From NCBI GenBank assembly GCA_043228905.1, contig JBHGNT010000020.1, forward strand, positions 14,074,001 through 14,138,000: a stretch of 64,000 bases of DNA, read 5' to 3'. Both the position numbers and the translations under genes were made by a program. The notes beneath the pieces were generated by a model. It did no database searches. It saw nothing but the letters and a program-made list of their open reading frames with translations, and had not been told where the DNA came from. Below, piece after piece: positions 10,551-21,535 of this stretch. The first letter of the stretch is position 1, and each line of letters begins with the position of its first letter. Source of the stretch: Azolla caroliniana (Eukaryota; Plantae; Polypodiophyta).

Positions 10551-12677
10551 ATGAGGGGGTCGGATCTCGCAGAGGCCATGGCTTCGGCCGTGGATCGGAT
10601 CGTAAACGCGCGCGAGGGTACCGGTGCCCTCGACAGAGCTATTGAGGCGGTCGTCGGCACGATCGGCCGGTTCGATGGGAGGGATGCCACGAAGTATCTG
10701 ACGTCCTACGGTGCAGAAATGTTGATGCGGGACATTCCGGAAGAAAGGCGTCTTGCCGGTTTTCCCCGAGTGGCAATGCCGAGCATCCATGCGGAGGTGC
10801 TCGAGGTGCGGGCGGAGAGCCGTACCTGGGAGGAGTTCGAAGGTCGGCTCCTAGAGAAATACGGGCTGGACGACGCGCTCCGGCTTTCGAAGCGAAGGTT
10901 CATGGAATGGGTGGAGTCCCCGGGGAAGGGAAGAAACGCGTCGGCACTCCTCCGGGAGTTCGAGGAAAACTTTGCGCGCCTTTCGGCGCTCGACCGAACC
11001 ATCCTGGACACGAGCCGGGTCTTGCTGTTTGTCAAGTCGGTCGACGAGCGGGATCGGGAGCAAGTGGGCCTCTTGCTGGAAACCGAAGACGGGCTCACTA
11101 CCGACTGGGCGGCTGTCAGGAAGGTCTGTGGCCGTTTCGACAAACGGCGAGAATGGGCGGATAACGGGGCGACTGGGTCGGGCTCGGTCGCAGCAAGGAA
11201 GCTCGAACTAGCGCCACAGGTGTGCAAGGAAGAGACCCGGGAGTGGTTGGAAACCGGTTCGGCTTCGACCGGCGTAGTCAGAGGCTCAACCGGAGGAGCG
11301 GCGCTGGAGGAATTGACGAAGGCGATAAAGGACCTCCAAATCGCGCAGGCCCGAAGGGAAGGAGGCGAACCGGCTCGTGACCGACGGCCGGCGGCAGGAA
11401 ACAGGTGCATGTGGTGCGATGAAGTCGGCCACGTTCGGAAGGACTGCGGCGACTTCGCGGAGGCGCTGAGGGACCGGGTGGTGTACCTGTTGGAAGGACG
11501 GGTGCATGCCAGCGACACCCGAAGGGCCCTGAGCCGAAACGACGGAAAGGGTGGTATGAAAAGGTTGATGGAAGAGGCGGCGGCCCGACACGCGGAAACC
11601 GTCCACTACTCGGCGTCGGCCGGCATTCGAGTCGGGGGCGGCGAGGCCCGAAAGGAAAGCAAAGCCGGATTCTGGCCGACGATGCTGGAAGGCCTTGCCG
11701 GTGCAGGGCTTGAAAGGGAGGAATCGGACCGTGCGGAGAAACGGGTACGGGAGATGACCGGGTGGAGCGACCCGGTCGAGGAAAGGACGGGCTTCGTGGA
11801 AGCCGCTTGCCGGAACTACGAGGCTCTGGTAGAAGAGAAGCGGGTGGGAAAACCCGGGACGACCGGGCCCTCACAACGATACGAGACCCGGTCCGGGCCA
11901 CGACGGGACGAAGCCGGCAGGGCCGGTACGCAAGATAAACCCCAGAAGGGCGGGTACCGTCTGGGGACGGAGATAGAAAGAACCACGGACTTACGAAAGG
12001 TCCTGGAGGAACGGATCCTCGACAGCAAGGTGGAGCTGTCGCTACGGGAGGTGCTTGGAATCGCCAAGAAGGAGTTCCACGACTCCATCGTGGACTTGGT
12101 GAAACGGAAGAGGCTGTCAACGGAGACAGAACCGGAAAGACCGGTGGAAGTGCGGACGACGCACCTAGACGACATGGCGCTGGGAGACGAGTGGGCGGAA
12201 AGCCACTATTCGAGACCGCACTGGGCCCGAGCGACCACGGAAACCCCGGTGAAGATCGGCGATGTCCAGGAACCGGTGATAGCTTTGGTGGACCACGGAT
12301 CGGAGATCAATTTGATGTCCATGGACTTCTATAAGAAGGGCAAATGGCCGATCAACACCAAGCACGGGTGGAAAATAAGGGCAGCAACGCGCGCCACCGA
12401 GGAACTGCACGGGGCCTGTCCGAATGTGCGAGTCAAGATCGGCGACGTCGAGATTGACCAGCACTTCTTCGTGCAGGAGACGTCTTCGCATCCGGTCATA
12501 CTGGGAGAGCCGTACATCACGGCGGCGCGAATGGAGACCAAGGTGCTGGACAATGGTTCGGCCTATGCGCGGGTCAAGAGCCAGGACGGCCGCCATTCGG
12601 TCCAGTTTTTGACGGTTAGGCCGAACCACGAGCGTAACCGCGACTCCCTCGGTTCCGATAACCGAGAGGATTTTTAG
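10551..12677 (+). CDS. gag: Gag-protease polyprotein of D
   Basis: CX2CX4HX4C knuckle; aspartic protease ALVDHGSEINLM...VILGEPY; first ATG after the PBS (frame also open from GTG 10524). Confidence 0.9.
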   Translation: MRGSDLAEAMASAVDRIVNAREGTGALDRAIEAVVGTIGRFDGRDATKYLTSYGAEMLMRDIPEERRLAGFPRVAMPSIHAEVLEVRAESRTWEEFEGRLLEKYGLDDALRLSKRRFMEWVESPGKGRNASALLREFEENFARLSALDRTILDTSRVLLFVKSVDERDREQVGLLLETEDGLTTDWAAVRKVCGRFDKRREWADNGATGSGSVAARKLELAPQVCKEETREWLETGSASTGVVRGSTGGAALEELTKAIKDLQIAQARREGGEPARDRRPAAGNRCMWCDEVGHVRKDCGDFAEALRDRVVYLLEGRVHASDTRRALSRNDGKGGMKRLMEEAAARHAETVHYSASAGIRVGGGEARKESKAGFWPTMLEGLAGAGLEREESDRAEKRVREMTGWSDPVEERTGFVEAACRNYEALVEEKRVGKPGTTGPSQRYETRSGPRRDEAGRAGTQDKPQKGGYRLGTEIERTTDLRKVLEERILDSKVELSLREVLGIAKKEFHDSIVDLVKRKRLSTETEPERPVEVRTTHLDDMALGDEWAESHYSRPHWARATTETPVKIGDVQEPVIALVDHGSEINLMSMDFYKKGKWPINTKHGWKIRAATRATEELHGACPNVRVKIGDVEIDQHFFVQETSSHPVILGEPYITAARMETKVLDNGSAYARVKSQDGRHSVQFLTVRPNHERNRDSLGSDNREDF

Positions 12678-15600
12678 AGAGGGCTGCCAAGGCGTGGGGC
12701 CGCGACAGTCCGGACACCCCGGGAAAACCCCACACCTGTACGATAAAACCGAAGAAACCTTGTACCATAGGTAGGGAATTTTTGTTCTCCGACAGCGGAG
12801 CGTGTGCGATGGTCGGCATCGCCGGCCGAGAGAAAACAAAGACGGAGGCGAGACTTCGAGCGTGCGGAGTTCTCGGCCCGGACGAGGAAATCAACGGAGC
12901 CGTGGAGGCGGTCTCATTCGACGACACCTTGGGAATGCTGGGAAAGGTAGTCGAAGAAGGCCTTAACGACAACCGGACGATACCGGTGTGTTCCGAGGAG
13001 ATGTACGAAGTCATCACGGACTTCGGTCGAGGGCTCGAGTCAGTTCGGACGGCCCACGTAAACACCAAGTACAAGACTGTGGACCATAAGGTAAGGCCAG
13101 TAGCGGCACCCTTACCGGAGGACAGCGCGTCGAGAATCAAAGGGGTTGCATCAGACCCTAGTCTACGAGATCCGGCCTGCATAGGGCACACCTTCACTAA
13201 CGAGACGCTCCGAGAGCTCAAAATCGGTGGGGGCGGGTTCCTACTGCCGGCGGAGGAAGACCGGTTTCGGAGAATGCTCGGAAGGCACGGGAAAGCCTTC
13301 GCATTCTCGCCGGAGGAAATCGGGTGCGTTGACCCGACGATCGTGGAGCCGATGGTGATATTCACGGTACCGCATGTACCATGGAATCTCAAGCCAATCC
13401 CGGTTCCGAGAGCTCACATCCCGAAGTTGATGGAGCTGCTGAGGCAGAAAGTTGATATGGGAATTCTCGAGCCGTCGAGCGCCCCATATTCGAATCGATG
13501 GTTTACCGTACCGAAGAAAAACGGTTCGCTGCGCTTCATCCAGGACCTGCAGCCGGTCAATCGAGTGACCATTCGGAACGCAGGAATCGGACCGACCATA
13601 GACGAGTTCGCGGAGGCCTTCGCCGGAAGGTCAATTTACTCGGTCGGGGATCTATACTCAGGGTACGACCAGTTCCAGCTGGCCGTGGAGAGCAGAGACC
13701 TTACGACGATGCGAACTCCCCTCGGCCTAGTTCGGATGTGTACACTGCCGCAAGGAGGGACCAACTCGGTGGCCCACATGGTGAATGCGATGAACAAGGT
13801 TCTGAGGGACTGTGTCCCGGACATTACCATGCCGTTTCTGGACGACATCCCGATCAAGGGATGCCCGGTGGAAGAAAAGGACGAGACGATCGGGCCGGAC
13901 GGATGCCGGCGATTCGTGGCGACGCACGTCGACGACTGCGAGAAGGTGCTGCAAAGGCTAGAGGATGCGAGACTCACCTTCTCCGGGGAGAAGTCGGCCT
14001 TCGGGCAGTCAGAAATCATGGTGGTCGGACACCTGTGCGGACCATATGGCCGGAAACCGTCTCCGGCGAAGGTAGAAGCCATCTCCGCGATGAAGCCCGA
14101 CTGCAGCTCGGTCACGGAAGTACGGAGATTCCTGGGGGCATGCGCGTTCTACCACATATGGATCCCGCATTACGCACACGTCGCGGAGCCACTGTACGGG
14201 TTGCTGAAAAAGGGGCGAAGGTTCGAATGGCTAGACAAGCACGCGGAATCGGTCCGGAAGCTGAAAGAGGCCCTTGCAGCGGCACCGGCACTCCGGAAGG
14301 CGGTTTACGGGAAGGGTACCCCGGTATTCATAACGGTGGATACCAGTCCGACCGGGATCGGATGGGTCGTGAACCAGGAAGACGAGGACGGCAATCGGTT
14401 TCCGATCCGATTCGGCGCGAAAGTCCTCAGTGAACGGCAGCGAGGGTACGCCCAGGTTAAACGCGAACTCTGGGGTATTGTTTCGGCGGTTAAGGCCGAC
14501 AAAGACTACCTGATAGGGACGGAAGTGATCATCGAGACGGATTGCCTGCCGATTCTCGGTATGGTTTCCGGATGCGCGACTCCGGACCTGGCGATGCTCA
14601 GGTGGATAGCGTACATCAAGTCCCTGGACCCGGAAATACGACACATTTCCGGGAAAGACAACGCCATGGCCGACATGCTTTCGAGGGCGAGGTACGACGA
14701 CGAGGGCGGCATGGTTTCGGAAGACGAAGAAGTCGGCGTGGATTTCTTCGAGGCGGCATACATAACGACCGACGGGATGAGCACTCCGGCGCTTAACGAG
14801 TTCGACGCGAGCAAGTACGACGGGGAATGGCTGCAGATCGGCGGGTTTTTGAAGACGATGACGCCCGATGCGTCATGGACGAAGGACGAGGCCAACCGGA
14901 TCCGGAAGAAAGCATATCGATTCTTTCTCCGAGATGGGCATCTATGGAAGCACCCGAAGAAGAGGGACGGCGTCCCGCTCCGAGTGGTGGCGATGAAGGA
15001 AGAGCAGGAGGAGCTACTGGCGGCCTACCACGACAGCCCTTGGGCTGGACACCGTGGAACGTGGGCGACGTTTGAGAAGCTGAAGGGAAAGTACTGGTGG
15101 CCGGGATTGTACCGGGACGTGCATCGGTTCGTGTCAACTTGCGAGAGTTGTCAGATGCACTCGATAGTCCGACACCGGGACGGGCTTCACCCTACGTACC
15201 CTCCGACTATCCACTTCAAATGGATGGTAGATCTGGTGACGATGCCGATGGGGGTAGGACAGATGCGGTATCTGGTCCTAGCGCGGGAAGACCTGACGAA
15301 CCAGGTGGAAGGCCGAGCCCTTCAGAACAAGACGACCGCGGCCGTGTGTCGGTTCCTAGTCGAGGACGTGATATGCCGGTACGGGTGCGTCGGGAAGATC
15401 GTGGCTGACCGAGGGGAGTTGGACGCCGAAGAGGCCGCGGAGCTGTTCGACCGGCTTGGAGTCAAGCTCTCGCTCACCACTGCGTACAATCCGGAGGCGA
15501 ATGGAAAGGTGGAGCGCGGACACGGACCGATCATCAAGGCGTTGATTCGGGCATGCGGAGGCCAAGTCGGTAACTGGCCGCGGCTGCTACCTTATGCTTT

Positions 15601-16165
15601 GTGGGCAGACCGGACCACGCACAGTTCGGTAACCGGGTACATGCCGACGGAGCTCATGTTCGGCCAGAAGCCGATCATGCCGGTTGAACGGACGATCTCC
15701 TCGTGGGCAGCGGTCGACTGGAGGGACGAGATGAGCCGGGAGGAGTTGTTGGTCGCACGTATACAACAGCTCGAGCGGAGGCCGGAGGACGTGGCACTGG
15801 CTACGGAGAAGCTCCGGGTGGCGAGGACAAAGAACAAAGCCCGGTTCGACCGAACGCACCGGCTACGACCGAAGAAAATCGAAGAAGGTGACTGGGTGCT
15901 CGTCTACGACAGCAGCCTCGACAACCAGCACCGAGCCACACGGAAGTTCGCACGAAGGTGGTTCGGGCCTTACGTGGTACGGAGTGCCAATGACAACGGG
16001 ACATATCACCTGGCGGAACTTGACGGCACGAGAATGGCGATACCGGTTGCAGGGAAGCGGATCAAAGCGTTCAAGAAGCGACACGACGACGAGCCAGACC
16101 CGGCTCTCCTGGTCGGCAATGACGAACGATCCGAAAATGAAGAAGAACCGACGGGCGAGGAATGA
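12668..16165 (+). CDS. pol: Pol (RT-RNase H-integrase) of D, probably expressed by -1 frameshift
   Basis: DLYSGYDQ, LPQGGTNS, FLDD, VDTS, HHCC zinc finger, DDE core, GPY/F motif, no chromodomain; frame open from GGATTTT at 12668. Confidence 0.92.
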   Translation, partial: GFLERAAKAWGRDSPDTPGKPHTCTIKPKKPCTIGREFLFSDSGACAMVGIAGREKTKTEARLRACGVLGPDEEINGAVEAVSFDDTLGMLGKVVEEGLNDNRTIPVCSEEMYEVITDFGRGLESVRTAHVNTKYKTVDHKVRPVAAPLPEDSASRIKGVASDPSLRDPACIGHTFTNETLRELKIGGGGFLLPAEEDRFRRMLGRHGKAFAFSPEEIGCVDPTIVEPMVIFTVPHVPWNLKPIPVPRAHIPKLMELLRQKVDMGILEPSSAPYSNRWFTVPKKNGSLRFIQDLQPVNRVTIRNAGIGPTIDEFAEAFAGRSIYSVGDLYSGYDQFQLAVESRDLTTMRTPLGLVRMCTLPQGGTNSVAHMVNAMNKVLRDCVPDITMPFLDDIPIKGCPVEEKDETIGPDGCRRFVATHVDDCEKVLQRLEDARLTFSGEKSAFGQSEIMVVGHLCGPYGRKPSPAKVEAISAMKPDCSSVTEVRRFLGACAFYHIWIPHYAHVAEPLYGLLKKGRRFEWLDKHAESVRKLKEALAAAPALRKAVYGKGTPVFITVDTSPTGIGWVVNQEDEDGNRFPIRFGAKVLSERQRGYAQVKRELWGIVSAVKADKDYLIGTEVIIETDCLPILGMVSGCATPDLAMLRWIAYIKSLDPEIRHISGKDNAMADMLSRARYDDEGGMVSEDEEVGVDFFEAAYITTDGMSTPALNEFDASKYDGEWLQIGGFLKTMTPDASWTKDEANRIRKKAYRFFLRDGHLWKHPKKRDGVPLRVVAMKEEQEELLAAYHDSPWAGHRGTWATFEKLKGKYWWPGLYRDVHRFVSTCESCQMHSIVRHRDGLHPTYPPTIHFKWMVDLVTMPMGVGQMRYLVLAREDLTNQVEGRALQNKTTAAVCRFLVEDVICRYGCVGKIVADRGELDAEEAAELFDRLGVKLSLTTAYNPEANGKVERGHGPIIKALIRACGGQVGNWPRLLPYALWADRTTHSSVTGYMPTELMFGQKPIMPVERTISSWAAVDWRDEMSREELLVARIQQLERRPEDVALATEKLRVARTKNKARFDRTHRLRPKKIEEGDWVLVYDSSLDNQHRATRKFARRWFGPYVVRSANDNGTYHLAELDGTRMAIPVAGKRIKAFKKRHDDEPDPALLVGNDERSENEEEPTGEE

Positions 16166-16236
16166 AGACGGGCCGGTTTTCTCCGTCCCAACTCTCTTGG
16201 CGCATACCGGAGGATGCGCGGTTAGGTGGGGGCGGA

Positions 16237-17036
16237 TGTCGTGAAGAAAACCGTCTATAGGCGGAATCGGCGCACCAAGGCGTGGGAACCGGTTCTTCAC
16301 GCGCGCACGCTCCGAGTTGTACATAGAAACGAATTGAGAGGATAATCGGCAGGAACGGGCCCTAACTCAAGTGGAGACAAAGACCGCGCGAACAGTCTTT
16401 TCGGTCGCGCGCGCGAACTGTACGAGTCGGCGGCGTAACTACGCGGATCCGTGAAAAACGGAGCGGATCCCTGTCCAAAAGGGACAGGGAATAAAGCTGA
16501 CACGACGGCCTGTTCGTCGGCCTATATAAGGAGCGGGAAAGAGCTGTTGCAGGGATCGGGCGCGGAGAGGACGAAGTGCTGTCGGACCGTTTCTGGACGC
16601 TTCGCTCTCTCTGTTTCCTTCCTTCTTGAGCTCCAAAGCTTTCTGTGCAGGGTTCCGGGGAGGCTCGCGCTGTTTCGAGGAACGCCCGAGTGCTTCCGGC
16701 AGCACCTCCGACCTGCTACCCCCCCCCCATTTCCCCGTTTGTGCGTCGAAGCGAACAGGCATCGGCATCTGTTCGCCGGCCTGTTCGGTTGCAACCAACC
16801 TGTGCCCCATCGGGGGTTGTAGTCGTGTTAGCCATTTTGTTAATACACATATTTAGTCATTCGCATCCGTCTGTGTCGGTGTCTGTTCGCGTTCTCCGTG
16901 CTGAAGGGCCGTGTCCCTGTGTATCCCCGGTCCTGCGTAGCCGGTTCTCTCTCTTTCTCCTCCCTCGCTTGCTCTTTGGTTCGAGACCCCCGCGGTCCCG
17001 CCTCTATTCCACACGCACTTGCGTAATATCTCGACA
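16237..17036 (+). repeat. 3' LTR of Gypsy D
   Basis: Preceded by PPT, followed by TSD CCGT. Confidence 0.97.
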
Positions 17037-17040
17037 CCGT

Positions 17041-17985
17041 GCGGAGAAACGGGTACGGGAGATGACCGGGTGGAGCGACCCGGTCGAGGAAAAGACGGGC
17101 TTCGTGGAAGCTGCTTGCCAGAACTACGAGGCTCTGGTAGAAGAGAAGCGGGTGGGGAAACCCGGGACGACCGGGCCCTCACAACGATACGAGACCCGGT
17201 CCGGCCCACGACGGGACGAAGCCGGCGGGGCCGGTACGCAAGATAAACCCCAGAAGGGCGGGTACCGTCTGGGGACGGAGATAGAAAGGACCACGGACTT
17301 ACGAAAGGTCCTAGAGGAACGGATCCTCGACAGCAAGGTGGAGCTGTCGTTACGAGAGGTGTTGGGAATCGCCAAGAAGGAGTTCCATGACTCCATCGTG
17401 GACTTGGTGAAACGGAAGAGGCTGTCAACGGAGACAGAACAGGAGAGACCGGTGGAAGTGCGGACGACGCACCTAGACGACATGGCGCTGGGAGACGAGT
17501 GGGCGGAAAGCCACTATTCGAGACCACACAGGGCCCGAGCGACCACGGAAACCCCGGTGAAGATCGGCGATGTCCAGGAACCGGTGATAGCTTTGGTGGA
17601 CCACGGATCGGAGATCAATTTGATGTCCATGGACTTCTATAAGAAGGGCAAATTGCCGATCAACACCAAGCACGGGTGGAAAATAAGGGCAGCAACGCGC
17701 GCCATCGAGGAACTGCACGGGGCCTGTCCGAATGTGCGAGTCAAGATCGGCGACGTCGAGATTGACCAACACTTCTTCGTGCAGGAGACGTCTTCGCATC
17801 CGGTCATACTGGGAGAGCCGTACATCACGGCGGCGCGAATGGAGACCAAAGTGCTGGACAATGGTTCGGCCTACGCGAGGGTCAAAAGCCAAGACAGGCG
17901 CCATTCGGTCCAGTTTCTGACGGTACGGCCGAACCACGAACGTAACCGCGATTCCCTCGGTTCCGAAAACCGAGAGGATTTTTAG
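17041..17985 (+). pseudogene. gag: Gypsy C gag-protease 3' half
   Basis: AEKRVREMTGW... continues 9706; DHG protease; ends REDF*. Confidence 0.92.
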
Positions 17986-20900
17986 AGAGGACTGCCAAGG
18001 CGTGGGGCCGCGACAGTCCGGATGCTCCGGGAAAACCCCACATCTGTACGATAAAACCGTGTACAATAGGTAGGGAATTTTGCTTCTCCGACAGCGGAGC
18101 ATGTACGATGGTCGGCATCGCCGGCCGAGAGAAAACAAAGACGGAGGGGAGACTTCGAGCGTGCGGAGTTCTCGGCCCTGACGAAGAAATCAACGGAGCC
18201 GTGGAGGCAGTCTCCTTCGACGACACCTTGGGAATGCTGGGAAAGGTAGTCGAAGAAGACCTTAACGAAGACCGGACGATACCGGTATGTTCCGAAGAAA
18301 TGTACGAAGTCATCGCGGACTTTGGTCGGGGGCTCGAGTCGGATCGGACGGCCCGAGTAAGCACCAAGTACAAGACTGTGGACCGGAAGGTAAGGCCAGT
18401 CGCGGTACCCTTACCGGAGGGCAGCGAGTCGCGAATCAAAGGGGTTGCATCGGACCCCAGCTTACGAGATCCGGCCTGCATAGGACACACCTTCACCAAC
18501 GAGATGCTCCGGGAGCTCAAAATCGGTGGGGGCGGGTTCCTGCTACCGGCGGAGGAAGACCGGTTTCGGAGAATGCTCGGAAGGCACGGGAAAGCCTTCG
18601 CATTCTCGCCGGAGGAAATCGGGTGCGTGGACCCGACGATCGTAGAGCCGATGGTGATATTCACGGTACCGCATGTACCGTGGAATCTCAAGCCAATTTC
18701 GGTTCCGAGAGCTCACATCCCGAAGTTGATGGAGCTGTTGAAGCAGAAAGTTGATATGGGCATTCTCGAGCCGTCGAGCGCCCCGTATTCAAACCGATGG
18801 TTTACCGTACCAAAGAAAAACGGATCATTGCGCTTCATTCAGGACCTGCAGCCGGTCAATAGAGTGACCATTCGGAACGCAGGGATCGGACCGACCATAG
18901 ACGAGTTCGCGGAGGCCTTCGCCGGAAGGTCGATTTACTCGGTCGGTGATCTATACTCAGGGTACGACCAGTTCCAGCTAGCCGTGGAGAGCAGAGACAT
19001 TACGACGATGCGAACTCCCCTCGGCCTAGTGCGGATGTGTACGCTGCCGCAAGGAGGGACCAACTCGGTGGCCCACATGGTGAATGCGATGAACAAGGTG
19101 CTGAGGGACTGCATCCCGGACATCACCATGCCGTTTCTAGACGACATCCCGATCAAGGGATGCCCGGTAGAAGAGAAGGACGAGACGATCGGGCCGGACG
19201 GATGCCGGTGATTCGTGATGACGCACATCGACGACTGCGAGAAGGTGCTGCAAAGGCTAGAGGATGCGAGGCTCACCTTCTCGGGGGAGAAATCAGCCTT
19301 CGGGCAGTCGGAAATCATGGTGGTCGGACACTTATGTGGGCCATATGGCCGGAAACCGTCTCCGGCAAAGGTAGAAGCCATCTCCGCGATGAAGCCCGAC
19401 TGCAGCTCGGTCACGGAAGTACGAAGATTCCTGGGGGCATGCGCATTCTACCACATATGGATCCCGCATTACGCCCACGTTGCGGAGCCGCTATACAGAT
19501 TATTGAAGAAAGGGCGAAGATTCGAATGGCTAGACAAGCACACGGAGTCGGTCCGGAAGCTGAAGGAGGCTCTTTCGGCAGCACCGGCGCTCCGAAAGGC
19601 CGTCTACAGGAAGGGCACCCCAGTGTACATAACGGTTGACACGAGTCCGACCGGAATCGGGTGGGTCGTCAACCAAGAAGACGAGGAGGGCAATCGGTTT
19701 CCGATCCGATTCGGCGCGAAGGTCCTCAGTGAGCGGCAGCGAGGATACGCCCAGGTTAAACGCGAACTCTGGGGTATCGTTTCGGCGGTGAAGGCCGACA
19801 AGGACTATCTGATCGGGACAGAGGTAATCATAGAGACGGATTGCATGCCGATTCTCGGCATGGTTTCCGGATGCGCGACGCCGGACCTGGCAATGCTCAG
19901 GTGGATAGCGTACATCAAGTCCCTGGACCCGGGAATACGACACATTTCCGGGAAAGACAACGCCATGGCCGACATGCTTTCAAGGGCGAGATTCGATGAC
20001 GAGGGCGGCATGGTTTCGGAGGACGAAGAGGTCGGCGTGGACTTCTTCGAGACTGCGTATGTGACAACCGACGGAACAAGCACTCCGGCGCTTAACGACT
20101 TCGACGCGAGCAAGTACGACGGGGAGTGGCTGCAGATCGGTGGGTTTTTGAAGACAATGACGCCCGATGCGTCATGGACGAAGGACGAGGCCAACCGGAT
20201 CCAGAAGAAAGCGTACCCATTCTTTCTCCGGGATGGATACTTGTGGAAGCACCCGAAGAAGAGGAACGGCGTCCCGCTCCGGGTGGTGGCAATGAAGGAA
20301 GATCAGGAGGAGCTGCTAGCGGCCTACCACGACAGCCCTTGGGCTGGACACCGTGGAACATGGGCTACGTTTGAGAAACTGAAGGGGAAGTATTGGTGGC
20401 CGGGGCAGTACCAGGACGTGCATCGGTTCGTGACAACTTGCGAGAGCTGTCAGATGCACTCCATAGTCCGACATCGAGACGAGCTTCACCCTACGTACCC
20501 TCCGGCCATCCATTTCAAATGGATGGTAGATCTGGTAACGATGCCAATGGGAGTAGGACAGATGCGGTACCTGGTCCTAGCGCGGGAGGATCTGACGAAC
20601 CAGGTGGAAGGCCGGGCCCTTCCGAACAAAACGACCGCGGCCGTATGTCGGTTCCTAATCGAGGACGTGATATGCCGGTACGGGTGCGTCGGGAAGATCG
20701 TGGCTGACCGAGGGGAGTTGGACGCCGAAGAAGCCGCGGAGCTGTTGGACCGGCTGGGAGTCAAGCTCTCGCTCACCACTGCGTACAATCCGGAGGCGAA
20801 TGGAAAGGTGGAGCGCGGACACGGGCCGATTGTCAAGGCGCTGGTTCGAGCATGCGGAGGCCGAGTCGGTAACTGGCCGCGGCTGCTACCTTATGCTTTG

Positions 20901-21464
20901 TGGGCGGACCGGACTACGCACAGTTCGGTAACCGGGTACATGCCGACGGAGCTCATCTTCGGCCAGAAGCCGATCATGCCGATGGAACGGACGATCTCCT
21001 CATGGGCAACGGTCGATTGGAGGGACGAGATGAGCCGGGAGGAGTTGTTGGCCGCGCGTATACGACAACTCGAGCGGAGACCGGAGGACGTGGAACTGGC
21101 TGCGGAGAAGCTCCGGGTGGCGAGGACAAAGATCAAAGCCAGGTTCGACCGAACGCACCGGCTCCGACCGAAGAAAATCGAAGAAGGTGACTGGGTGCTC
21201 GTCTACGACAGCAGCCTCGACAACCAGCACCGAGCCACACGGAAGTTTGCACGAAGGTGGTTCGGGCCTTACGTGGTACGGAGCGCCAATGACAACGGGA
21301 CATATCACCTGGCGGAACTCGACGGCACGAGAGTGGCGATACCGGTTGTAGGGAAGCGGATCAAAGCGTTCAAGAAGCGACACGACGACGAGCCAGACCC
21401 GGCTCTCCTAGTCAGGAGTGACGAACGATCCGAAAACGAGGAAGAACCGACGGGCGAGGAATGA
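17976..21464 (+). pseudogene. pol: Gypsy C pol with one premature stop
   Basis: ORFs 18108-19211 and 19215-21464 in the same frame; CGA>TGA at 19209 relative to D. Confidence 0.93.
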
Positions 21465-21535
21465 AGACGGGCCGGTTTTCTCCGTCCCAACTCTCTTGGC
21501 GCATACCGGAGGATGCGCGGTTAGGTGGGGGCGGA

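Larger units (their letters stand above)
9707..17036 (+). mobile_element. Intact Gypsy element D nested in same-family element C
   Basis: 800-bp LTRs 9707-10506 and 16237-17036 with one difference seen; TSD CCGT 9703-9706/17037-17040; Trp PBS; PPT GGTTAGGTGGGGGCGGA; both ORFs open. Confidence 0.97.

Noticed and set aside
10706-14895. Many 100-300 aa overlapping or antisense ORFs within C/D/H/G/J
   Set aside because: Shadow frames expected in GC-rich coding DNA; they recur only because the copies are closely related
9707-17036. D as an assembly duplication of C
   Set aside because: D has its own diagnostic LTR pair, a clean TSD and many substitutions relative to C
16645-17985. 446-aa ORF running from the D 3' LTR into gag-protease
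   Set aside because: Chance in-frame fusion created by nesting; it starts at GTG and its N-terminal part is LTR sequence
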